The notes beneath the pieces are model-generated. The model had not been told where the DNA came from and did not search any database. It saw only the letters and a program-made list of their open reading frames with translations. Both the position numbers and the translations under genes were made by a program. A DNA stretch of 32,000 bases from Vibrio alginolyticus NBRC 15630 = ATCC 17749 (GTDB taxonomy: Bacteria > Pseudomonadota > Gammaproteobacteria > Enterobacterales > Vibrionaceae): positions 30,001 through 62,000 of the forward strand of contig NC_022349.1 of the NCBI RefSeq assembly GCF_000354175.2, read 5' to 3'. How positions within the stretch are numbered: position 1 is the first letter of the stretch; every line of letters starts with the position of its first letter. This document shows, in pieces, positions 8,309 to 16,081 of the stretch.

Positions 8309-8659
8309 ATGGCGGAAGAAACGATCTTTAGTAAAATTATTCGCAAGGAAATCCCTGCCGATATCCTTTATCAAGATGATTTGGTGACTGCGTTTCGCGA
8401 CATTAACCCTCGCACACCAAGCCATATTCTCATTATTCCGAATAAACTGATCCCAACAACGAATGATGTAGAAGCTGAAGATGAAGCAATGATGGGGCGT
8501 TTGTTCACTGTTGCTAGAAAGTTAGCGAAAGAAGAAGGTATTGCTGAAGACGGCTATCGCCTGATCGTTAATTGTAATCCACATGGTGGCCAAGAGGTTT
8601 ACCATATTCACATGCACCTACTAGGCGGCCGCCCTCTAGGTCCAATGGTATTGAGCTAA
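8309..8659 (+). CDS. hinT: HIT-family purine nucleoside phosphoramidase
   Basis: 116 aa. [32 protein letters not shown] and the histidine triad HIHMHLLGG are almost identical to E. coli HinT as I remember it. Confidence 0.95.
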   Translation: MAEETIFSKIIRKEIPADILYQDDLVTAFRDINPRTPSHILIIPNKLIPTTNDVEAEDEAMMGRLFTVARKLAKEEGIAEDGYRLIVNCNPHGGQEVYHIHMHLLGGRPLGPMVLS

Positions 8660-8668
8660 GCTTTTAAA

Positions 8669-8697
8669 AGTGGGTGGCGATTCACCCGCTTCTTTTT
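8669..8697 (+). terminator. Hairpin terminator or attenuator after hinT
   Basis: 8-bp stem AGTGGGTG / CACCCGCT (one G-U pair) with a 6-nt loop, followed by TCTTTTT. Confidence 0.55.
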
Positions 8698-8728
8698 CCT
8701 GTCGAATGACACATTTGTGGAGATAAAT

Positions 8729-10126
8729 GTGAAACTAGGTGTAAAGCTGTTAGGGCTGATGAGCTGGGCTTTAATGGCCTCTGGCTGCGCGAATTTATCT
8801 GCGGGCAATCTGTTTAGCCATTACAGCAACCAGAATCAAGAAGTTTATCAAGCCGTTGTTGCAGGGGAATATGACAAAGCAAAACAACTTCAATCAAGTG
8901 AAGTGGGTGGCGAGATACTTGGCAATTTTGAAAAAGGTCGTATCTCTTTTCTTGCTGAAGATTACCCGACAAGTTTGAATGCGCTAGAAAGCAGCGATCG
9001 TGCCGTACGTGTCCAACAAGATCGAGCGACGATATCTGTGTCAGACACGGCAACGAGCGTCGGCTCTCTCGCAGTGAACGACAATCTCCAAGATTATCAT
9101 CCCGCCGATTACGAACTTGGCTTTTTGCACCTGTATCTAGGACTAAATTACTTACAGAAAAACGATTTAGAAGGGGCACTAGTTGAAGTGCGTCGAGCTA
9201 ATCAAGTTCAGGAAGCAGCAAGAAAGGCGCGTGAAAAAGAGCTAAAAGCAGCAGAGAAAGACCTTAACAAGCAAGGCATGTCTGCCAATTTAGGCAGTGT
9301 GTTAGCGAACTACCCTGATGCTGGTAAAAAACTAAGCGCGGTACAAAATGGTTATCTGTTCTATCTTTCTGGCTTGTTATATGAAGCGTCGCGAGACTTA
9401 AACAGTGCTTATGTTGATTACCGACGAGCACTCGCTGTAATGCCAGACAACAAGCAAGTTGTGGAAAGCACCTTATACGCTGCTAAGAAGCTGGGCATGC
9501 GTGAAGACTTGCGCATGCTAGAGAAGCGGTATGGCAAAGCACCTTCTGGATTAACTCAGTCACAAGGGCGAGTCATCGTTATTGATGAGCAGGGTGTTGT
9601 TGAGGCGATGAAAGGGTGGCGTATTGATTTACCGATTTACGACAGTCGCGATAATGGCGCGATTTATTCGTTGGCGCTTCCTTATTATCAGAACCGAGGT
9701 GCTCAACGTTTTAGCGATGTTGTTTTAAATGGTCAGGTATTGCCTTCCAGTACGCTGACTGATGTTAATGCGATGGCGCAAAACGATCTTAATGAACGTC
9801 TTACTACAATAGTGATCCGTCAAGCTCTTCGTGTTTGGGCAAAAGATCGAATCCGAAAAGAGGCGGCGAAAAAAGGCGATGATGTGGGCAACATACTTTT
9901 CAATGTATGGAACACATTGACCGAACAGCCAGATACAAGAAGTTGGCAAACATTGCCAGCGCAAGTGAAAACGGCTTCAAAAATCGTGAAACCGGGAACA
10001 CAAAGTTTAAACTTGGGTGATCAAACCTATCAGTTTGAAGTGCCTGCACAGCAGACTACATTGGTATGGGTATCTCGTCAGGGAGCACACTCAACCGTGT
10101 GGCATAAACAGCTAGGGAGACTGTAA
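8729..10126 (+). CDS. Large predicted lipoprotein of unknown function (465 aa; helical, TPR-like N-terminal half)
   Basis: I prefer the GTG at 8729 (GGAG 6 nt upstream) over the track start at 8717. Signal peptide plus lipobox ...LMASG-C. Its stop overlaps the ycfL start (TAATG). No E. coli counterpart exists in the hinT-ycfL interval. Confidence 0.7.
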   Translation: MKLGVKLLGLMSWALMASGCANLSAGNLFSHYSNQNQEVYQAVVAGEYDKAKQLQSSEVGGEILGNFEKGRISFLAEDYPTSLNALESSDRAVRVQQDRATISVSDTATSVGSLAVNDNLQDYHPADYELGFLHLYLGLNYLQKNDLEGALVEVRRANQVQEAARKAREKELKAAEKDLNKQGMSANLGSVLANYPDAGKKLSAVQNGYLFYLSGLLYEASRDLNSAYVDYRRALAVMPDNKQVVESTLYAAKKLGMREDLRMLEKRYGKAPSGLTQSQGRVIVIDEQGVVEAMKGWRIDLPIYDSRDNGAIYSLALPYYQNRGAQRFSDVVLNGQVLPSSTLTDVNAMAQNDLNERLTTIVIRQALRVWAKDRIRKEAAKKGDDVGNILFNVWNTLTEQPDTRSWQTLPAQVKTASKIVKPGTQSLNLGDQTYQFEVPAQQTTLVWVSRQGAHSTVWHKQLGRL

Positions 10127-10518
10127 TGAAAGCATGGCTTGTTTGTTTAGCAATGGCTATTGGTTTAGTTGGATGCGCCGAAAACACGGCTGGTATTCGA
10201 ATTGATGGCCAAACGCAAAAAGTATTTTTTAATGATAACGTTTTAGGTAGTCGCTTATTAGTTGACAACATCACCACCACTTACGTTGATGATCGCCCAC
10301 GAGGAGTCGTGCAGCTGAGTAGCAATTACAAAGGTGATCAGCACATTCTTTACCGATTTTATTGGTATGACAACAATGGTTTAGAAGTGAATACCAAACC
10401 TGGTCCGTGGCGAAAAATGATTGTGCGAGGATTTGAGCAAGTCACGTTATCTGAAGTTACTGTGAATCCAAATGGCACAAAATTCCGTGTGCAAATTAGA
10501 GAAGCACAAGACGATTAA
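10126..10518 (+). CDS. ycfL: YcfL-family lipoprotein
   Basis: 130 aa with lipobox LVG-C. It has the family signature YRFYWYD..GLE and sits in the same position as E. coli ycfL, between hinT and lpoB. Confidence 0.8.
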   Translation: MKAWLVCLAMAIGLVGCAENTAGIRIDGQTQKVFFNDNVLGSRLLVDNITTTYVDDRPRGVVQLSSNYKGDQHILYRFYWYDNNGLEVNTKPGPWRKMIVRGFEQVTLSEVTVNPNGTKFRVQIREAQDD

Positions 10519-10584
10519 TCTTAACGGCTCTGCCGAAGCTGCCGCGCTAACGATGCGCTGGTATTGAAAAACTAAGGAACTCTC

Positions 10585-11175
10585 ATGAAAAAAAGTATTA
10601 TTGCTCTTTTAGGTCTTGCCGTCATTTTAGGTGGCTGTTCTAACAAAGTCTCTTACGGCGATGCGCAAGCAACAGAAACCACGACTATCGATTTTGGCTC
10701 AACAGATTTACAAAAAATCGCGGCTGAAATGGTGGATAGCATGATGATGTCGGGCTCTGTAGCAGCAATTACTCGTGACCAACGTCCTATCGTTTTTGTT
10801 GAGCGAATTAAGAACAAAACCAGTGAACATATTGACACTGAATCCATTACTGACACGATCTCTACTAAGATGTTGAACTCAGGTAAGTTCCGTTTTGTTG
10901 ATATGGATCGTGTTGAGTCTGTGCGTGAACAACTTAACTTCCAAAACACGGATGAGCTTGTTAACCAAAGCACAGCTATCCAATTTGGTAAAATGGTTGG
11001 TGCTCAATACATGCTTTACGGCAACCTATCTAGCATTGTGAAAAATGCAGGTAGCGATAAAGATGTATACTACAAGATGACCATGCGCCTAATGGACCTA
11101 GAAACAGGTTTGATTGAGTGGGCGGATGAAACTGAAATTCGTAAAGCGCAATCTAAGAGCCTATTCGGTCTTTAA
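10585..11175 (+). CDS. lpoB: Penicillin-binding protein 1B activator lipoprotein LpoB
   Basis: 196 aa with RBS AAGGA and lipobox LGG-C. The C-terminal domain resembles E. coli LpoB (GKF..V, QYMLYGNLSS, L.D.ETG.I.W). Synteny with ycfL-lpoB-thiK supports the call. Confidence 0.8.
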   Translation: MKKSIIALLGLAVILGGCSNKVSYGDAQATETTTIDFGSTDLQKIAAEMVDSMMMSGSVAAITRDQRPIVFVERIKNKTSEHIDTESITDTISTKMLNSGKFRFVDMDRVESVREQLNFQNTDELVNQSTAIQFGKMVGAQYMLYGNLSSIVKNAGSDKDVYYKMTMRLMDLETGLIEWADETEIRKAQSKSLFGL

Positions 11176-11199
11176 TCGAACAGGGTGGAGAAGTCATCA

Positions 11200-12081
11200 A
11201 TGGCATGGTTTTCTTGGCAACAAGCAAAACAGTTAGATCCGAGTCTTAATGCTCTCGATGGCTTCTTTACGGAGCCTCCGGTAAAAGTACAAACTGTTAC
11301 CGGGGGGCTAACCAACCGCTGTTGGCGGTTAGAATCTTCTCAAGGCCTTGCATACATCTGGCGACCGACCAGTCATGTCTGCAAGGCTTTTTCAATTTCT
11401 CGTCACAGTGAATATCAAGTGCTGAATGCAGTCTCTTCATTGGAAATTGGCCCCAAGCCAGTTTTTATTCATGAGCAAGGGTTGCTGGTGGAATGGATAG
11501 AAGGAGAGGCTCTGACGGAGTCAGGCTTAGCACTAAGCGATTTATTATCCATTGCGGCGAAGATTCATCAATATCCGATAAGCGCAATTCCTTTGGTTCC
11601 ATTTTCATATATTTCTCGCATCGATCATTATTGGCTTGAGCTTGATGGTCAGTATGTGGGTACGGAGTTTGATGCTTTGTACATGAAGTGGCGCACGGAA
11701 CCGAACGTTGAACCTGTTCCACTTGCCCTATGTCACTTCGATCTGGGGTGTTATAACCTAGTGCGAGGAGAGAATGGGGTGAAAGTCATTGATTGGGAGT
11801 ATGCCGGGATTGCTGACCCTAGGCTTGATTTGACCTTAACTATTCAGGTCGCGAATTCGCCTGTGGAAGAAGCGGTAAAGCAGTATTGCCAAATTCGAGG
11901 TATCGAAGATGTGTCTCTTTGGCTGAGAGGTGTACATGCTTGGCAACCAAGAACCTTGGTGATGGCGATGCTCTGGTATCTACTTGCCTATAAATTGTGG
12001 GGAAATGAACAATACTTAAACAGTGCGTATGAGTTGAAAGGCTCATTGTGTATGGAAGATCACTGTTTTGAGAACTCGTGA
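11200..12081 (+). CDS. thiK: Thiamine kinase-like APH-family kinase
   Basis: Start set at the ATG at 11200 (GGAG upstream) rather than the GTG at 11185. Kinase motifs HFDLGCYN (catalytic loop) and IDWEYAG are present. Its position matches E. coli thiK. The substrate cannot be inferred from sequence alone. Confidence 0.65.
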   Translation: MAWFSWQQAKQLDPSLNALDGFFTEPPVKVQTVTGGLTNRCWRLESSQGLAYIWRPTSHVCKAFSISRHSEYQVLNAVSSLEIGPKPVFIHEQGLLVEWIEGEALTESGLALSDLLSIAAKIHQYPISAIPLVPFSYISRIDHYWLELDGQYVGTEFDALYMKWRTEPNVEPVPLALCHFDLGCYNLVRGENGVKVIDWEYAGIADPRLDLTLTIQVANSPVEEAVKQYCQIRGIEDVSLWLRGVHAWQPRTLVMAMLWYLLAYKLWGNEQYLNSAYELKGSLCMEDHCFENS

Positions 12082-12156
12082 TATTTTCCCCTTTAACAGT
12101 AAGGAAATAGTGGTAGTTTTAATAAAAGTACCAGATACACACAGGGAGAGGTACAG

Positions 12157-12699
12157 ATGATTATTTACTTACACGGCTTTGACAGCACAAGCCCGGGTAA
12201 CCACGAAAAAGTTCTTCAACTGCAATTTATCGACGACGACGTTCGTTTTATCAATTACAGCACCCTTCACCCAAAGCACGACATGCAACACTTGTTAAAA
12301 GAAGTGTCTAAAGTTATCGATCAATCTGATGACCCAAACCCGTTAATCTGTGGGGTAGGTTTAGGTGGTTACTGGTCTGAGCGAATTGGTTTTCTATGCG
12401 GTATCAAGCAAGTGATGTTCAACCCGAACTTGCACCCAGAAAAAACGATGGCTGGTCGAATCGATCGCCCAGAAGAGTATGAAGATATCGCAACAAAATG
12501 TGTTGATCAGTTCCGAGCGAAAAATCAAGCGCACTGCTTAGTGATTCTCTCTAAAGATGATGAAGTGCATGACAATTCGAAAACGGCAGCTGAGTTAGAA
12601 AAACACTATCAAATCATTTGGGATGAAACTCAGTCTCATAAGTTCAAAAAAATCTCTCATCATTTACAAGCGATAAAGGCATTTAAAAATACTTACTAA
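12157..12699 (+). CDS. ycfP: YcfP/UPF0227 alpha/beta-hydrolase-fold protein
   Basis: 180 aa. [26 protein letters not shown]...[13 protein letters not shown] is nearly identical to E. coli YcfP as I remember it. Confidence 0.9.
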   Translation: MIIYLHGFDSTSPGNHEKVLQLQFIDDDVRFINYSTLHPKHDMQHLLKEVSKVIDQSDDPNPLICGVGLGGYWSERIGFLCGIKQVMFNPNLHPEKTMAGRIDRPEEYEDIATKCVDQFRAKNQAHCLVILSKDDEVHDNSKTAAELEKHYQIIWDETQSHKFKKISHHLQAIKAFKNTY

Positions 12700-12898
12700 T
12701 GTTGAGTGTAGACAGTAAAGCGGCGTTTTTATCGGCTGCTTTGCTGCGATTCCTTCTCTTGAGTATGCCGAGCCACTGTCTCTTTGAAAGGCACATTTTC
12801 TTGGTTTAACGCTTTGAATATTGTGTTCTCCTTACCGTTTTCTTACTTCGCTCCTATGTAGCACGAACACCTTGTTGTAGAGTAGTCGAAAAGTAGTC

Positions 12899-12923
12899 AA
12901 TCCGTACTCGTTACACGGATTTT
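12899..12923 (+). terminator. Orphan terminator-like hairpin in the ycfP-ndh intergenic region
   Basis: AATCCGT, a 9-nt loop, ACGGATT, then TTT(G), located 200 nt past the ycfP stop. The stem is modest (7 bp, 3 GC). Confidence 0.3.
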
Positions 12924-12971
12924 GGTTGCCTTCAAAGTTGGTCTCTATATAATGAACCGGACTAAAATAAT

Positions 12972-12985
12972 TTGATAAATATCAA
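12972..12985. promoter_or_regulatory. Perfect FNR-type box upstream of ndh
   Basis: TTGAT-AAAT-ATCAA exactly matches the FNR consensus TTGAT-N4-ATCAA. It lies 248 nt upstream of the ndh start. Confidence 0.6.
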
Positions 12986-13232
12986 AAAAAATTGAGAGCG
13001 AGTAATAAACTTGCCCAAAAAATTCTGGCGTCGTATGCGTACCAGATAAACATGCCAAACCCTGACAAGTCATTGATAGATAAAGAATCAAGGTGAGTGG
13101 CAGTTTTTTAATCCAAGTAATTGAGACACCTCTAAGAACCAAGAATTCATCGGTTGGATGGATGCCACAAATGTTTGTGAGTCATGCATCGAGCTGAACC
13201 CCATATATTCATTTTTGTAGAGGAAAATCATT

Positions 13233-14522
13233 GTGACACGCATTATCGTTGTAGGCGGCGGTGCAGGTGGTCTTGAGTTGGCAACTAAGCTTGGTCGAAC
13301 TCTAGGTCGCAAAAACCGTGCGCAAATTACGCTAGTCGATCGAAAAGCGAGCCACTTGTGGAAGCCATTATTGCATGAGGTTGCTACAGGTTCTTTGGAC
13401 GAAGGAGTAGATGCACTGAGCTATCGAGCTCATGCAAAAAACCACAGCTTCGACTTCCAAATGGGTAGTCTTCAAGACATCGACCGTGAACGTAAAGTGA
13501 TCATCTTAAGTGAGCTTAAAGACGAACACGGTGAACTTCTTATGCCAAGCCGTGAGCTAGAATACGACATTCTAGTGATGGCAATTGGCTCGACATCAAA
13601 CGACTTCAACACGCCTGGCGTTCGTGAAAACTGTATTTTCCTAGACAGCCCTGAGCAAGCACACCGTTTCCGTACAGAAATGAACAACGAGTTCCTAAAG
13701 CTGCACGCGAAAAACGGTAACGGTACGGTCGATATTGCTATTGTTGGTGCTGGTGCAACTGGCGTTGAACTATCAGCTGAGTTACATAATGCTGTTAAAG
13801 AGCTGCGCACTTATGGCTTCGGTGATCTTGATTCTAGCAAGTTGAACGTCAATCTGATTGAAGCAGGTGAGCGTATTTTACCAGCGTTACCTCCACGTAT
13901 TTCTTCTGCTGCTCATCAAGAGTTGGTGAAGTTGGGCGTAAACGTGCGCACCGCCACTATGGTGACTAAAGCTGAAAAAGATGGCCTTACTACAAAAGAT
14001 GGTGAGAAGATCCCAGCTCAAATCATGGTTTGGGCTGCGGGTATCAAAGCTCCAGACTTTATTAAAGATATCGCTGGCTTAGAAACGAACCGTATCAATC
14101 AGCTTGTAGTGAAAAACACACTACAGACAACACGAGATGATGACATCTTTGTTATTGGTGACTTAGCACAATGCACCCAGTCTGACGGTTCGTTCGTGCC
14201 GCCACGCGCTCAAGCTGCACACCAAATGGCAAGCCAGGCATTTAGTAACATCGTCGCGAAGATCAACGGGCGCGAGTTGAAAGACTACGTATATAAAGAT
14301 CACGGTTCATTAGTGTCTCTAAGTCGCTTCTCAACCGTTGGTAGTCTGATGGGGAACCTAACTAAAGGGTCGATGATGGTAGAAGGCCGTATTGCTCGTG
14401 TCGTTTACATCTCATTGTATCGCATGCACCTAATGGCGTTGCACGGTGTATTCAAAACCGGTCTGATGATGCTCGTCGGCCGCATTAATCGCGTGCTGCG
14501 TCCAAACCTTAAGCTGCACTAA
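13233..14522 (+). CDS. ndh: Type II (non-proton-pumping) NADH dehydrogenase
   Basis: 429 aa with a GTG start preceded by GAGGAAA. Two dinucleotide-binding motifs are present ([18 protein letters not shown]). It is colinear with E. coli Ndh. Confidence 0.92.
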   Translation: MTRIIVVGGGAGGLELATKLGRTLGRKNRAQITLVDRKASHLWKPLLHEVATGSLDEGVDALSYRAHAKNHSFDFQMGSLQDIDRERKVIILSELKDEHGELLMPSRELEYDILVMAIGSTSNDFNTPGVRENCIFLDSPEQAHRFRTEMNNEFLKLHAKNGNGTVDIAIVGAGATGVELSAELHNAVKELRTYGFGDLDSSKLNVNLIEAGERILPALPPRISSAAHQELVKLGVNVRTATMVTKAEKDGLTTKDGEKIPAQIMVWAAGIKAPDFIKDIAGLETNRINQLVVKNTLQTTRDDDIFVIGDLAQCTQSDGSFVPPRAQAAHQMASQAFSNIVAKINGRELKDYVYKDHGSLVSLSRFSTVGSLMGNLTKGSMMVEGRIARVVYISLYRMHLMALHGVFKTGLMMLVGRINRVLRPNLKLH

Positions 14523-14571
14523 GGTTTTAAATCCACTCTGTGTGGATGTGTTGTATCTTAAAAAATGCAGA

Positions 14572-14600
14572 AGCCACCGCAAGTCGGTGGCTTTTTTTTA
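14572..14600. terminator. Bidirectional terminator between ndh and the GNAT gene
   Basis: AGCCACCG-CAAGT-CGGTGGCT followed by a T8 run, with an A-rich run on the other side. It overlaps the GNAT stop codon. Confidence 0.85.
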
Positions 14601-15146
14601 TGTTAGATCTGTCGGTAAAAGTGAGAACACAACGCCATCTTTAGGCTTACCCTGAAAAATAAACCGGTTTCTGGCGATGGCTTCTTTTTGTGCACCGACG
14701 GACTCAATTAAGGCTTGGCTAGCTTCGTTGTCGGGGTCACAAACAATCTCTAGTCGAGTTAAACTTAGCTTTGCGAAGCAGAATTCTGCTAAGGCTTTAA
14801 CGGCTTCTTGGGCATAGCCTTGCCGTTGATAGCGGTCGGCAACCCAGTAACCAATACTCGCCATATTAAACGTATGATATAACTCATTAACCGCTGCCAT
14901 TCCAACCAAAGTGTTACTTTGCCGCTCATAGATACCGAAACCAAAAGCCTCAGTTTTGACCCAGTTAAGACGGGTTGCCAACAGAAAGTCCTGCGCGGTT
15001 TTCAATGTGACGTTTTTATCACACCAGTCAAGCCATTGGTGCAGCGAAGGGGATTCTGCAAGTAATCGTTGTAGTGAATGTGCTTCTTCAGCAGGGATGA
15101 GCTTGAGCGCTAAGCGGGGCGCAATGATTTCAAAGTCTGGACTCAT
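14598..15146 (-). CDS. GNAT-family N-acetyltransferase (RimJ/RimL-like)
   Basis: 182 aa with the acetyl-CoA motif-A region RYQRQGYAQEAVKAL. Size and layout resemble ribosomal-protein acetyltransferases. Confidence 0.8.
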   Translation of the reverse strand: MSPDFEIIAPRLALKLIPAEEAHSLQRLLAESPSLHQWLDWCDKNVTLKTAQDFLLATRLNWVKTEAFGFGIYERQSNTLVGMAAVNELYHTFNMASIGYWVADRYQRQGYAQEAVKALAEFCFAKLSLTRLEIVCDPDNEASQALIESVGAQKEAIARNRFIFQGKPKDGVVFSLLPTDLT

Positions 15147-15261
15147 GAACTAATACGACTTCCATGTTGAGTGTAAGTAAATTGAAAGCTGTCTATTTAT
15201 ACTTGAACGCAGCTATTTTCCTTGCTCTGCGTTGGTTAGGAATAACTGAGGTATAGCAGAT

Positions 15262-15291
15262 AAAAACAAAGCGCAGCTTTGCTGCGCTTTG
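15262..15291 (-). terminator. Rho-independent terminator of the plzB-like/mfd/csiV operon
   Basis: 11-bp stem CAAAGCGCAGC-TTT-GCTGCGCTTTG. On the minus strand it is followed by TTTTT. Confidence 0.85.
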
Positions 15292-15306
15292 TCGAACTGC
15301 TCGTGC

Positions 15307-16074
15307 TTATCGAACCCGACGAACTTGAATGATCATACCCATCAACGGGTTATCTAGGTAATGAGTCTCGCTGCTACGCATACGACGTTTTTGATCCATT
15401 CGATAACTCTTCAGGAATTTCTCTTCGGTTACTGTCGGCGATATTTCTGCCAAGTTACCGACTTGGACGTTACCATCGACTTCACCTAAGTCATCCGCCA
15501 ATTGCTCAGTTGAGGTTGGTTCAAAACGCACCTCTCTAACACTTGGTTCGCGCAGATCTAGTGTTGTTTCGGCGAAGAGGTAATGCTGTACGTATATTTG
15601 GAATCGACCATCTAGTTCATATAAAGGACCATTGACCGTCTCTTCACTGTAACCGTCGCTGGAAAATGTTTGATTGCCATTGATTGGGCGGCCATCTGCT
15701 TGATAAGAATCAGAGAAATCTCGCCCGCCAACGATGCGGAAAATTGGGGCGCTAGATTTACCTCGGTCACCTTGACGCCAGGCTACGTGTTTAAGCACTT
15801 TAAAGCCGGCATGATTATTTAGTGCCGCTTCTTGCGCGTTGAGACGGAAAGAAGAACTTGGCAAAAGTGTCACGCCTTTAGAGCGGCGGTAGGATTCACT
15901 CTCTAGGCTACCGACATTTTCCATATCGATTTTTGGCAGTTGATTCGGCCAAGATTCTGTTGTGCTTTCAGCGTCGACTGCTCGCTTGAAAATGATCACT
16001 TCAATATCAAATTGGCGCTGTGCCCAAGAGGGCATTGAGACACATAGAAGCAATAACGGGATCAGTATTCTCAT
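15307..16074 (-). CDS. csiV: Periplasmic peptidoglycan-binding protein CsiV-like (DUF2803-type)
   Basis: Start trimmed to the ATG at 16074 (MRILIPLLLLCVSMPSWAQ signal peptide), which removes the overlap with mfd. Its position directly downstream of mfd matches V. cholerae csiV as I remember it. Confidence 0.6.
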   Translation of the reverse strand: MRILIPLLLLCVSMPSWAQRQFDIEVIIFKRAVDAESTTESWPNQLPKIDMENVGSLESESYRRSKGVTLLPSSSFRLNAQEAALNNHAGFKVLKHVAWRQGDRGKSSAPIFRIVGGRDFSDSYQADGRPINGNQTFSSDGYSEETVNGPLYELDGRFQIYVQHYLFAETTLDLREPSVREVRFEPTSTEQLADDLGEVDGNVQVGNLAEISPTVTEEKFLKSYRMDQKRRMRSSETHYLDNPLMGMIIQVRRVR

Positions 16075-16081
16075 TCGACTA

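Noticed and set aside
12082-12156. Absence of nagZ (between thiK and ycfP) and of ycaQ (between lpxK and ycaR) relative to E. coli, considered as possible deletion scars or pseudogene remnants.
   Set aside because: The gaps are short (75 nt, and an actual overlap) with no residual ORF fragments. This is most simply a lineage-specific gene order, not decay.
13073-13091. A second TTGAT...ATCAA pair upstream of ndh that looks like another FNR/CRP-family site.
   Set aside because: The spacer is 9 bp rather than 4 bp (FNR) or 6 bp (CRP core), so it does not fit a canonical dimer site. It is kept only as a note.
12945-13312. Two minus-strand ORFs (65 aa and 74 aa) in the ndh upstream region and overlapping the ndh start.
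   Set aside because: They have no RBS and implausible sequence (Pro/Arg-rich or hydrophobic junk). One runs antisense across the ndh start. The region is better explained as regulatory DNA.
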